Below are positions 1-8,857 of a DNA stretch of 32,000 nucleotides, piece by piece. Position numbers and translations under genes: made by a program. The notes below the pieces were generated by a model. It did no database searches and had not been told where the DNA came from. It saw only the letters and a list, made by a program, of their open reading frames with translations. Location of the stretch: the NCBI RefSeq assembly GCF_000008565.1, contig NC_000958.1, positions 135,432 to 167,431 on the forward strand, written 5' to 3'. The first letter of the stretch is position 1; every line of letters begins with the position of its first letter. This DNA comes from Deinococcus radiodurans R1 = ATCC 13939 = DSM 20539. Its GTDB lineage: Bacteria > Deinococcota > Deinococci > Deinococcales > Deinococcaceae.

Positions 1-710
1 CCGCCGATCAGCTGGATGACGTGCTGCTCGATCTCCGGACTGTTCAACAGCTTGATCTGGCTGCTGTCGTTGCCGACGGGAATTACGCGAAGGAACCCAT
101 CGTGGAGACCGTGACGGGTCACGGTCTCCCGTTTATCTCCAGATTGCCTCGCAACGCCAACCTCAACGACCTCTACACCGGTGAGCATCCCAGACGACGG
201 GGGCGAAAGAAGAAGTTCGACGGTAAGGTGGACTTCAGTGACCTGCAGCGCTTCGACCTCGTCTCTGCAAGGCCGACTGAGCGGGTGTGGACGCAGGTGG
301 TCTGGAGCGTGCAGTGGGCGCGGGAAGTGCGCGCAGTCGTCATTCAGCAGATTGGTAAAAAGGGTCAGGTCACCGGCTACGCGGTGCTGTTCAGCACCGC
401 TGTGACCATGCCGGCTCATGAGGTCATTGCGCTGTATCGAAGCCGCTTTGAGATCGAACTGATCTTCCGGGATGCCAAACAGTTCCTGGGGGGCCAGGAT
501 GTGCAACTGCGGTCACAGCAGGGCATCGAGGCGCATTGGAACGTGGTGCTGCTGACCCTGAATCTTTGCCGACTGGAGGCCCTGCGAGCGGCAGGTGGCG
601 GGCAGGATCTGGTGTTCAGTCTCGAAGACATGAAACGCAGGGCGTATAACGCCCTGCTGGCCCAGGTCATTTTATCCAATCTGGACCTCTCGGCTCGCTT
701 TGAAGAATGA
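1..710 (+). CDS. DDE transposase of IS-A, C-terminal part (5' end outside window)
   Basis: The frame is open from nt 3 (ADQLDDVLLDL...), identical to residues ~165-400 of the 400-aa ORF at 17435..18637. It contains ADGNY and a Y-x2-R-x3-E-x6-K motif (YRSRFEIELIFRDAK). Confidence 0.9.
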   Translation, partial: ADQLDDVLLDLRTVQQLDLAAVVADGNYAKEPIVETVTGHGLPFISRLPRNANLNDLYTGEHPRRRGRKKKFDGKVDFSDLQRFDLVSARPTERVWTQVVWSVQWAREVRAVVIQQIGKKGQVTGYAVLFSTAVTMPAHEVIALYRSRFEIELIFRDAKQFLGGQDVQLRSQQGIEAHWNVVLLTLNLCRLEALRAAGGGQDLVFSLEDMKRRAYNALLAQVILSNLDLSARFEE

Positions 711-775
711 GCGAATTCGCCGTTCAGTCCGCTGGATTTCGGACTTAAAGCCGCCTAAAACTGCACGAACCATTG
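1..775 (+). mobile_element. IS-A (IS4/IS701-like DDE family), 3' portion of a copy cut by the window edge
   Basis: nt 1-775 is the reverse complement of the right-hand ~775 nt of the full copy at 17370..18691. The shared 229 aa differ at one residue (HEVIALYRS vs HEVMALYRS). It ends with the terminal repeat AAAACTGCACGAACCATTG at 757-775. Confidence 0.9.
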
Positions 776-1117
776 TTTGACCTGTCCTGATCCCTATTCT
801 TTGTTTGTTCAAGCAGCTTTTCACTCCTAGAAGCCATCCAGAAAAATACCCTTTCAAGCCGCCAAATAGCGCCTGAGAGGGTATTTCTCTGCATTCACTT
901 CGAGTTTGACCAAAAACAACACATTCAAGTCGCTGTCTACTTCCATAGGCACTGTTGAAACTGCGGCCAAGCGCAAAGTGAGGCCTTTCACGAGCTACGG
1001 GGTAGATGTGGGGGGTCATTTTCGTTTTGCGGGCCTCACCCGGCCCAGTCAAGCGCGGCAGAGAGCCAAGTTCCTAAAGCCCACAGAAGCCCGCAGAAGG
1101 CAGCAGCGGGGCAGGCG

Positions 1118-1831
1118 CTACTTCACCGTGACGATGACGAAATCCAGGGAGATGTTCGGCCCTTCCACACCAGGGGCGTGGGCAGCCACGGTGATCAGCA
1201 GCGACTTCCCTTGCACGTCGACCCGCCTGAGTTCGTAGGCATAGACGCAGGGCGCAGCACTCGACTTCGGCCCCGCCAGCACCTGCTGCCGCCCGTCTGC
1301 CCCGGTCAACACCAGCGAGAATTCTGCTGGAGCGCCGAAGCCATCCATGATACTTGGGTCCGGGCAATACGCGCCGCTCCCTTTGCTCACGTTGAGTTTG
1401 AGGGTGGCTGTCTTGACCCACAGCTTCACGGGATACTTGACGCTTTGTCCGGCCCGCGACACCTGACTGGACTTCGCCGCGAAAACGGGCCGGGATTCGC
1501 GCTGCCTGCTGAAGCCGGAAGGGGCCAGCAGGGGCCAGAACCGATCAAGCAGCATGTTCGGGGCAGGGGACCGCGCTTTGCCTGTCGCGCCTTCCAGATC
1601 ATGCTGTGAGCTGACGTTCCAATCCTCACCGCCCCCCATGGTGAGCACTTTCAGGCGCTGGTCATCCAGCGCCCGCCCGCCGTTCTCCCCGTCGAAGGCC
1701 ACCAGCACCCGTTGGCCGTCAGGCGAGAAGTAGACGTGTTTGACCTGCTCATCACTCACCACCATCGCACGCTGAGCACTGCTGCTCAGGACAGAGGCAA
1801 GGGCCAGCAGCCAGAGAACATGCCAGGTCAT
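1118..1831 (-). CDS. hypothetical secreted protein (237 aa)
   Basis: Long ORF with coding-like composition and an N-terminal signal peptide (MTWHVLWLLALASVLSSSAQ). I recognise no family. Confidence 0.6.
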   Translation of the reverse strand: MTWHVLWLLALASVLSSSAQRAMVVSDEQVKHVYFSPDGQRVLVAFDGENGGRALDDQRLKVLTMGGGEDWNVSSQHDLEGATGKARSPAPNMLLDRFWPLLAPSGFSRQRESRPVFAAKSSQVSRAGQSVKYPVKLWVKTATLKLNVSKGSGAYCPDPSIMDGFGAPAEFSLVLTGADGRQQVLAGPKSSAAPCVYAYELRRVDVQGKSLLITVAAHAPGVEGPNISLDFVIVTVK

Positions 1832-1964
1832 AGCACCATTCTAGGAGGGCGGTGCGGCAACCTATGACTCATGAAACAGGAAGCCAACCCCAGGCGCTTA
1901 GGGCTTTGGCAGCCCCCTGAACAGGGATCGTTCAGGATCGACCCAAAAAATGCCGACCCCGCCT

Positions 1965-1973
1965 GAAACCGGT
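1965..1973. repeat. 9-bp direct repeat GAAACCGGT abutting the outer (left) end of IS-B copy 1; partner at 21512..21520
   Basis: Left junction is GAAACCGGT|CTCAGTAGGTGAC. Right junction of copy 2 is GTCACCTACTGAG|GAAACCGGT. The match is exact at both outer IS junctions. Confidence 0.85.
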
Positions 1974-2022
1974 CTCAGTAGGTGACAACTTCAGTTTGCC
2001 CTCGTCCCAGACGGCAAAAACC

Positions 2023-2060
2023 AACAGTCGGCCCCATCAAGCTTGATGGGGCCGACTGTT
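2023..2060 (-). terminator. 38-bp perfect palindrome inside the IS-B left end; candidate minus-strand intrinsic terminator
   Basis: AACAGTCGGCCCCATCAAG|CTTGATGGGGCCGACTGTT centred on AAGCTT. On the minus strand the hairpin is followed by GGTTTTTGCC. The plus strand has only a weak T tract. It is conserved exactly in copy 2 (20354..20391). Confidence 0.5.
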
Positions 2061-2195
2061 CGCGGTTTCCTGAGAGTGTGAAATCAACAGAGGGGAGCTG
2101 CCCAGCAGGCTACCGCACTCACCGGGCACTTCAAAACGCATGCCAGTCACCTCCGCATCGATACACTCCAGCGCCTAATTGACGTCCTCCTGGCG

Positions 2196-3179
2196 ATGAT
2201 TGCCGCGAGGAGCGTCAATCATCACGACCTGAGTGCCCATATGCCGGGGATGAGTACCCCGCAGGGCAAGAAGAGACGAGCAGACCGCACCTTCCGGGAT
2301 GAGCAGCTGGACAGGGGCTTTTTCATCGCTCTGCTTGTCGTCCATCTTCCACCGGGGAAGGTTTTGCTAAGTCTGGACCGCACCAATTGGGAGCACGGGG
2401 AAACGCCCATCAACTTTCTGGTGCTTGGAGCCGTGGTTCACGGCTTCACCCTGCCGCTCATCTGGGTGCCTCTCGACCAGTCTGGGAACAGTCACACCTA
2501 CGCTCGAATGTGGCTGGTGTTGAAGCTCCTTCGGGCCTTGCCAGCGAAACGCTGGCTGGGCCTGGTGGCCGATCGGGAGTTCATCGGCGCGGAATGGTTC
2601 CGCTTTCTTCGTCGTCAGGGCATCAAGAGGGCAATTCGTATCCGACAGACCGACATGCTAGACGACATGAAGGGGAAAGAGTGGTTTGAGCACGTCCAGC
2701 ACGGTCATTTTCACGAGATTGGCGAAAAGGTGTTCGTGTTCGGGGAGTTGATGCGGGTGGTCGCAACGAGGTCACCCACAGGTGACCTCGTCATCATCGC
2801 CACAGATTTCAGTGCTCGGAAGACCTGGAGGCTCTACAAACAGCGCTGGTCGATTGAGTGCACCTTCAGCAGTTTCAAAAAGCGAGGCTTTGACTTAGAG
2901 CGAACCGGAATGACGGAAAGGAGCCGTCTACAGCGACTCTTCGGCCTGGTGACATTGGCTTGGATGTTCTGTTTGCGCCTGGGGGTCTGGCTGAGCCAGA
3001 CCTGGCCCATCCCCGTTCTGAAGCATGGTCGGAGAGCGGTCAGTCTGGTGCGGCACGGTGCTCAGCATCTCGTGGATGCCCTACGGTGGAAACCCCAACA
3101 GTTCATGGCGGTCCTAGAGGTGTTAATACAGCCTTTTTCCCCGCCAGGAGCGGCTGGAAGCGAAGTTGTCACCTACTGA
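2196..3179 (+). CDS. IS4-family DDE transposase (327 aa from first ATG)
   Basis: Contains LSLDRTNWEHG, LVADREFIG and YKQRWSIECTFSSFK (Y-x2-R-x3-E-x6-K). The frame stays open upstream to the stop at 2079-2081 with protein-like sequence (..LRIDTLQRLIDVLLAM..) but no ATG/GTG/TTG, so the true N-terminus is uncertain. Confidence 0.9.
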   Translation: MIAARSVNHHDLSAHMPGMSTPQGKKRRADRTFRDEQLDRGFFIALLVVHLPPGKVLLSLDRTNWEHGETPINFLVLGAVVHGFTLPLIWVPLDQSGNSHTYARMWLVLKLLRALPAKRWLGLVADREFIGAEWFRFLRRQGIKRAIRIRQTDMLDDMKGKEWFEHVQHGHFHEIGEKVFVFGELMRVVATRSPTGDLVIIATDFSARKTWRLYKQRWSIECTFSSFKKRGFDLERTGMTERSRLQRLFGLVTLAWMFCLRLGVWLSQTWPIPVLKHGRRAVSLVRHGAQHLVDALRWKPQQFMAVLEVLIQPFSPPGAAGSEVVTY

Positions 3180-3194
3180 GCCTGAGAATACCTT

Positions 3195-4148
3195 TTACAG
3201 GCTGAGAATACTGCTGTAGTCGCCGGTGAGACCGTCGGGGAAGAAGCCGCCCCTGGCTGCCTTGCCGGTTGTGTCCAGGAAAACGATGTTGGCGACCTGC
3301 CGGGGCGTACGGCTGAAAGCGATACCGTTACTGTCCGTAGGGATGATATTGGCGTCACGCGCCAGAACCCCGGCGTTGCCATTCGCCGTGATCCCCTGAT
3401 CGCGGTCATCGGCGCCGTCCACGGAATCACGCAGATTGCTGATGGCCTGCACGACCTGTTCGACCGTCAGCCCAGCGGCGGCCTGCTCAGTGCGGCGCAT
3501 GAAAAGCTGCGTGCGAATGGAACCGGCGTGGTAGGCCTCGACGGCCAGGATGCCCGCCGCGTTTTCGAGGTTGCCGCCCGGCTTGTCGCCCACCAGCAGA
3601 CGCGCCGCACCCTTGTATGCCGTCACGCCTACGTCTTCAAACACGAAGGCGCCATGCAGGAAAAACAGCGGGTTGGCATAAGGGTTGAAGTTGGTGATGG
3701 CCCCATTCGAGGCGAGGCTGCCCGCCGCCAGGAAAGAAGCGCTGAGGTCAAGTCGGGGCTGCGCGACAGCGGCGCTGCCCAGCACGCTGCGGATGACCTT
3801 GACGTGTGCGAGCTCGTCGTCGGCGATTTCTTCCATCATCGCCCGGAGGTCGCCGGTCAGCCCTGGGACTGCGGTGCCGCCCATGCCCGTCACGCCGCTG
3901 GGCAAGGTCACCTTGCTGGCGTCACCGCCGGCTGCGGTCAGCTCGTTGAGGCGTCCCACAGCGGCGAGATAAAATGCCGCTTCGAGGTATTCGAGGTTCA
4001 GCGCGAAGTTGAAGATGGTCGCGTCAAGGTTGGTCTTGGTGGGCTCTGAGGCCCCTACATTGGCGCAACCGGCCAGGACAGCCCCAGCTCCCATAGCCCC
4101 TGCCATCCCCAAAAAACGGCGGCGGGTGCTTTGCATTTCTTCTTTCAT
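3195..4148 (-). CDS. ferritin-like domain protein, Tat-exported lipoprotein
   Basis: Twin-arginine signal plus lipobox (STRRRFLGMAGAMGAGAVLAGC). Ferritin_2-like core (FNFALNLEYLEAAFYLAAV ... DELAHVKVIRSVL). I chose the ATG at 4148 because GAGGAAGG lies just upstream; the longest ORF extends to 4208. Confidence 0.8.
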   Translation of the reverse strand: MKEEMQSTRRRFLGMAGAMGAGAVLAGCANVGASEPTKTNLDATIFNFALNLEYLEAAFYLAAVGRLNELTAAGGDASKVTLPSGVTGMGGTAVPGLTGDLRAMMEEIADDELAHVKVIRSVLGSAAVAQPRLDLSASFLAAGSLASNGAITNFNPYANPLFFLHGAFVFEDVGVTAYKGAARLLVGDKPGGNLENAAGILAVEAYHAGSIRTQLFMRRTEQAAAGLTVEQVVQAISNLRDSVDGADDRDQGITANGNAGVLARDANIIPTDSNGIAFSRTPRQVANIVFLDTTGKAARGGFFPDGLTGDYSSILSL

Positions 4149-4273
4149 GGCCTTCCTCGTGTCACAAACAGAAGACAAGCAAAGCAGCGGTTCCACAGGC
4201 GTGGACAACTGTCTCCCAAGACTTTTATCTTCTCTTTGATCGACTCATTTATAGTGCCTGAGTTCCCGCTCAA

Positions 4274-4293
4274 CATGAGTTTTAAAACACATG
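4274..4293. promoter_or_regulatory. 20-bp near-perfect palindrome CATGaGTTTTAAAACaCATG; candidate operator upstream of the ferritin-like gene
   Basis: Nine of 10 arm positions pair. It sits in an AT-rich intergenic stretch 126-145 nt upstream of the ATG at 4148. A minus-strand TATAAA (4248-4253) lies about 20 nt downstream of it. Confidence 0.3.
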
Positions 4294-4431
4294 TCTTGAC
4301 TTAAGGTCGGGTACTCAGACCGGCTGGCTGTCGCTCTGAGCTCTTTCCCTGAGCTGCCATTTCTTGAAGACAGACTGGCCTACTGATGCGGGACGCACTT
4401 GAGAGCCGCTGTCTGATGCTTCTTGAGTGGC

Positions 4432-5700
4432 TTAGCTGGCTTCAGGGTCAGCCGCGCTGGCGGCCTGCGCAGCGAGCCGGCTGACCGTTAGGCCCTGCAC
4501 GATGATGCTGAAGACCACCACGACATAAGTCATCACCAGAAACAGCTCCCGCTGTGGCCCGGCAGGAACCGTAAACGCCAGGGCCACACTGATGGCGCCG
4601 CGCAGGCCGCCCCAGATCATGAGCCGCCGGGTGTAAGGCTCAAACTCATGGGCACGGCTCAGGGCGGCGGCTGGCAGCACCACACTGACACTCCGGGCCA
4701 GCAGCACCAACGGAAGAGCGATCAGGCCTGCCAGCAGCGCCGACGCGCTGAACTTCACGGCCACGATTTCCAGCGCCAACAGTGAAAACAAAGAGATGTT
4801 GAGCAGCTCGTCGGTCAGGTGCCAGAACGAGTCGAACTTTTCCCGGCTCGACAGCGCCCCTGGCCGCCAGTCCGTGAGCGATCCCATCAGCAGGCCGGCA
4901 GCCACCGCTGCGAGAGGCCCAGAAACATGCAGGTGCGTGGCGATGGCGGTGCACGCCATCACGACGCCGAGGGTCAGCAGCACTTCGGTCACAAAGTCGT
5001 CGACCCGCTTCAGGGCCAGGAAGCCCAGCCATCCGAGGAACCCGCCCAGCAGCAGACCCCCTCCCGCTTCTTGCAGAAAGAAACGCAACACGCCGCCGGC
5101 GCTCAGCTCCGGCCCGTGACCCGCAGCGCTCGACGCCGCAACGCCCGCCAAGACAGAGAACGCCACCACACCTACCCCGTCGTTAAACAGGCTCTCTCCC
5201 GCCACCAACGTCTCAATGCGGCTGGGCACGTGGGCTTCTTTGAGCATGCCCAGCACCGCGACCGGATCAGTCGGTGAAATCAGCGCACCGAACAACAGGC
5301 AGTAGGCCAGAGGGGTAGGCAGGCCCACCAGCTCCAACAGCAAATAGGTGCCGCCCCCAACCAGCGCGGTGGAAAGGGCAGTCGAGAGCAGTGCGAAGAC
5401 AGTGACCGGTCCCCGCAGACGCCACAGGGCGTGGGTATCGACACTCAGGGCGCCAGCAAACAGCAGAAAGGAAAGGACCCCTTGGAACACGAATTCGTCA
5501 AACTGGATTTTGCGTACCAGCTCCACAGCCTCCTGCGCGAAAGGAACCTTGAGCGCCGTCAGCACCACCAGCAGCAGGCTGATCAGGAGGCCCCCCACCG
5601 TGACCCCGATGGCTGCCGGCAGATGAAGGACGCGGACATTCAGGAAAGCGAGCGCGGCAGTCACGCAGACCAGCAAGGCGCTCAGATCAAGGAGGTGCAT
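4432..5700 (-). CDS. Na+/H+ antiporter, CPA1/NhaP type (422 aa)
   Basis: Polytopic membrane protein with NhaP-like blocks (LFGALISPTDPVAVLGMLKE, AGESLFNDGVGVVAF). SD AGGTGG lies 4 nt upstream of the ATG. Confidence 0.85.
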   Translation of the reverse strand: MHLLDLSALLVCVTAALAFLNVRVLHLPAAIGVTVGGLLISLLLVVLTALKVPFAQEAVELVRKIQFDEFVFQGVLSFLLFAGALSVDTHALWRLRGPVTVFALLSTALSTALVGGGTYLLLELVGLPTPLAYCLLFGALISPTDPVAVLGMLKEAHVPSRIETLVAGESLFNDGVGVVAFSVLAGVAASSAAGHGPELSAGGVLRFFLQEAGGGLLLGGFLGWLGFLALKRVDDFVTEVLLTLGVVMACTAIATHLHVSGPLAAVAAGLLMGSLTDWRPGALSSREKFDSFWHLTDELLNISLFSLLALEIVAVKFSASALLAGLIALPLVLLARSVSVVLPAAALSRAHEFEPYTRRLMIWGGLRGAISVALAFTVPAGPQRELFLVMTYVVVVFSIIVQGLTVSRLAAQAASAADPEAS

Positions 5701-5709
5701 GGTTCCACC

Positions 5710-6718
5710 TTATTGATCGCGGCGTAGATTTGAGTCGATAAGTCGTTGAGGCAGTTCGATATACCGAAGGCGCTGCCACGCGCTGACCAGTCGCCCTTTG
5801 AGTTCAACGATCGAACGCGCACAGAAATTCCCCAACGCATTCCGCTTCACGTATGCCCACACCAGCTCAATCGGGTTCAATTCCGGGGCGTACGGCGGTA
5901 GAAACACCAGTGAGAGGCGTTCGTGGGTCTCCACGAACGCCTGAGTGGCTTTAGATCGATGAATGCCCGCGTTGTCCAGCACTACCACAAGCTCCCCTTG
6001 GATGTGCCGCAGGAGGTGTCGAAAGAACTGAGTGACATCCGTACTCCGAATCGCTCCAGATCTTGTGTTTTGGAAGAATCGTCCGTCCGAGGTTATTGCC
6101 CCGATGGTGGAGAGCTTCTCCCAATTCGCCGGAAGCTTGACCAGGGGCGTCACGCCCCTGGTTCCCCAAGTCCGCCTTCGCACGCCTTTCAGCGAGAAGC
6201 CGACCTCATCCAGATACACTAGGATTGCGCCCTCAGCGACCTTTTTTTTCCAACTCCGGTGCAACCTGTTCTTTCCAGGATGCGATCCGAAGTTCGTTGC
6301 GCTCGGCCGCTCGGCCATCTGGCATCTGGGGCGTAAACCCCAAGCGTCTGAGAATCTTCCGCACGTGGTCGTGGTGGTACCACACGTCAAAGTGCCGCCC
6401 AATCAGGTTGGTGACGCGTAGGGTCGTCCAGGTGTCATCAGGGAAGCCATGGTGCAGGGCGCCCTCCCGCAGGAAGGTGCGAAGCTGCTCGTGTTGCGTC
6501 GCGCTCAGACGTGCAGAAGCGCCACGGGCAACGGTGGCCTGAAGGCCACCGTTACGCTTCAGGCGGGCTTTCCAGGTGTACACGGTGTGTACCGACACGC
6601 CGAAGTGCTGAGCAATCTCTCGGTTTCGATGCGTCCCTCGTTCAATCCATTCAAGCGCGGCCAAGCGGCGCTCCTCAAGCTGAGCGCGGGAATACTGGGT
6701 CGGCTGCCATCCGGGCAT
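5710..6718 (-). CDS. IS630-family transposase in two overlapping frames (OrfA 6233..6718 HTH part; OrfB 5710..~6250 DDE part)
   Basis: OrfA ends ..APELEKKGR*. OrfB continues ..WKKKVAEGAILVYLDEVGF.. with DDE-type blocks (VLDNAGIHRS, LPPYAPELNPIE). The frames meet in an A8 run, and OrfB is +1 relative to OrfA. Confidence 0.8.
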
Positions 6719-6758
6719 ACGGCCAGCTTACCAATTCATACCTACACCGTTATCAATA
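5711..6758 (-). mobile_element. IS630-family element flanked by TA
   Basis: Imperfect terminal inverted repeats TTGATCGCGGCGTAG (5713-5727) and CTACACCGTTATCAA (6742-6756), 12 of 15 positions matching. TA dinucleotides lie at 5711-5712 and 6757-6758, as expected for IS630/Tc1 target duplication. Confidence 0.8.
6242..6249 (-). promoter_or_regulatory. A8 homopolymer at the OrfA/OrfB junction of the IS630 transposase
   Basis: The minus strand reads TTG GAA AAA AAA GGT CGC TGA (OrfA) and TGG AAA AAA AAG GTC GCT (OrfB). Losing one A would fuse the frames as ..ELEKKVAEGAIL.. Confidence 0.6.
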
Positions 6759-6891
6759 GGGGGAATTGAAGACGTGACCACCGTAGAGGCACCCTGCACA
6801 GCTTTTTAGGACTGACGCTGGACCTCAGGGACCTGGGCGCAGTTCCTTTGTCCCGCGTTTTACCCTCGTTCTCCAGTGATAGCGTGTCCGA

Positions 6892-6958
6892 ACGCTCCTT
6901 CAAAAGGAGCGTAGGCGCGGCTTATGAGCCTTGGAGAGGGTACGGGGCCGCGCTTTTT
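6892..6958. terminator. two adjacent hairpins downstream of the ABC operon; the second is followed by T5 on the plus strand
   Basis: ACGCTCCTT-CAA-AAGGAGCGT (6892-6912). GGCGCGGC (6914-6921) pairs with GCCGCGC (6947-6953), followed by TTTTT (6954-6958). The T tract favours plus-strand termination; the minus-strand version is weaker. Confidence 0.3.
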
Positions 6959-6995
6959 CGTCTGCCAAGCGGACTGAGAAGCCGCAGGTGGCCGG

Positions 6996-7801
<806 letters not shown>

Positions 7802-7805
<4 letters not shown>

Positions 7806-8857
7806 CGTGTCTTCCTCAGCAAGTACAGAAAGTAGGGCGCTCCTACCAGGGTCGTGAAGATGCCCGCCGGAATTTCCAGCGGCGGCAACAGCGACCGCCC
7901 CAGCGTGTCCGCCGCCAGCACCAGCGCCGCGCCGAGCAGCATGGCAATGGGAAGCAGCCGGATGTGTTTGCCGCCCACCAGCAGCCGCGCCAGATGGGGG
8001 GCCAGCAGCCCGACAAACCCCAGGATGCCTGCTCCCGTGACAGCCGCGCCCGCCAGCGCCACGCCGACGCTCAGGCACAGCAGCCGCGCCGCACCGACCC
8101 GCGTGCCCAGCGAGGTGGCGAGGTCGTCACCCAGACTCAGGACGTCGAGCGTGCGGGAGAGCAGCAACGCGGCAGGCAACAACAGGGCCGCCCAGGGCAG
8201 CAGGCGGGCGACCCGCGCGCTGTCCGCGCCGTAGACCGTGCCGGTCAGAAAGCTCAGCGCCGCGCCCAGGCCGTCTGGCGCCCGCACCAGCACGAGTTGC
8301 TGCGCCGCGCCGAGGGCCGCCGCCACCGCCACGCCCACCAGAGCCAGCCGGACGGGATGCAGGGAGCCCGGCCCGAGCCCGCTCCATTCTTTTGAGAGCA
8401 GCAGCACCAGCCCGAAGCCGCCCCACGCCCCCGTCAGCGCCGCCCAGGGCAGTCCCCCAGCAGGCGCGCCCGGCCAGGCGAGCAAAAAGAGGGTCGCCGC
8501 AAGGCCCGCGCCCGCACCTACCCCGATGAGGTCCGGCGAGGCGAGCGGATTGCGGATGACGCCCTGCAAGATCGCCCCACTCGCGGCGAACATCGCGCCT
8601 GTGAGCATCGCCGTCAGGACGCGTGGCAGGCGCAGCTCCAAGACGAGTTGCCGGGTGAGGTCGTCTCCCTGGCTCCGCAGCGCACCGAGCACGTCGGCAG
8701 GGGGCGTGCGGACCGCGCCGACACCGAGCGCCAGGACGCTCAGAACTGCCAGGAGGAGCAGCAGCAATATCCCGGCACTCAGGGTGCGGGCGGCAGGACT
8801 GGGCCGCAGCGGAGCAGCGCGCCGCACGTTCACCGCCCCACCCGCCGCGCCAGCCAC
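7802..8857 (-). CDS. iron-siderophore ABC permease (FecCD family)
   Basis: FecCD-like blocks (IRNPLASPDLIGVGAGAGLAA, GILGFVGLLAPHLARLL). The start may instead be the GTG at 8833, which forms a GTGA overlap with the upstream stop. Confidence 0.9.

Larger units (their letters stand above)
1974..3180 (+). mobile_element. IS-B (IS4 family), copy 1, 1207 bp
   Basis: Perfect 19-bp terminal inverted repeats CTCAGTAGGTGACAACTTC (1974-1992) and GAAGTTGTCACCTACTGAG (3162-3180). A second, slightly diverged copy of identical length lies at 20305..21511. Confidence 0.9.

Noticed and set aside
906-1117. GC-rich hairpin GGGCCTCACCCGGCCC (~1030-1047) downstream of the 1118-1831 gene, considered as its terminator.
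   Set aside because: The T-rich tract lies on the wrong side of the hairpin for both strands, so it does not fit an intrinsic terminator.
1982-2182. 66-aa plus-strand ORF in the IS-B left end (also 20313-20513).
   Set aside because: It runs straight through the 38-bp palindrome, is in a different frame from the transposase, and has diverged by non-conservative changes between the two copies. It is more likely non-coding leader.
7806-8078. 91-codon N-terminal extension of the ABC ATPase ORF.
   Set aside because: It overlaps the 3' end of the permease gene and its composition is Gly/Ala/Arg-rich. The internal ATG at 7805 gives the canonical ATGA coupling and a normal ATPase N-terminus.
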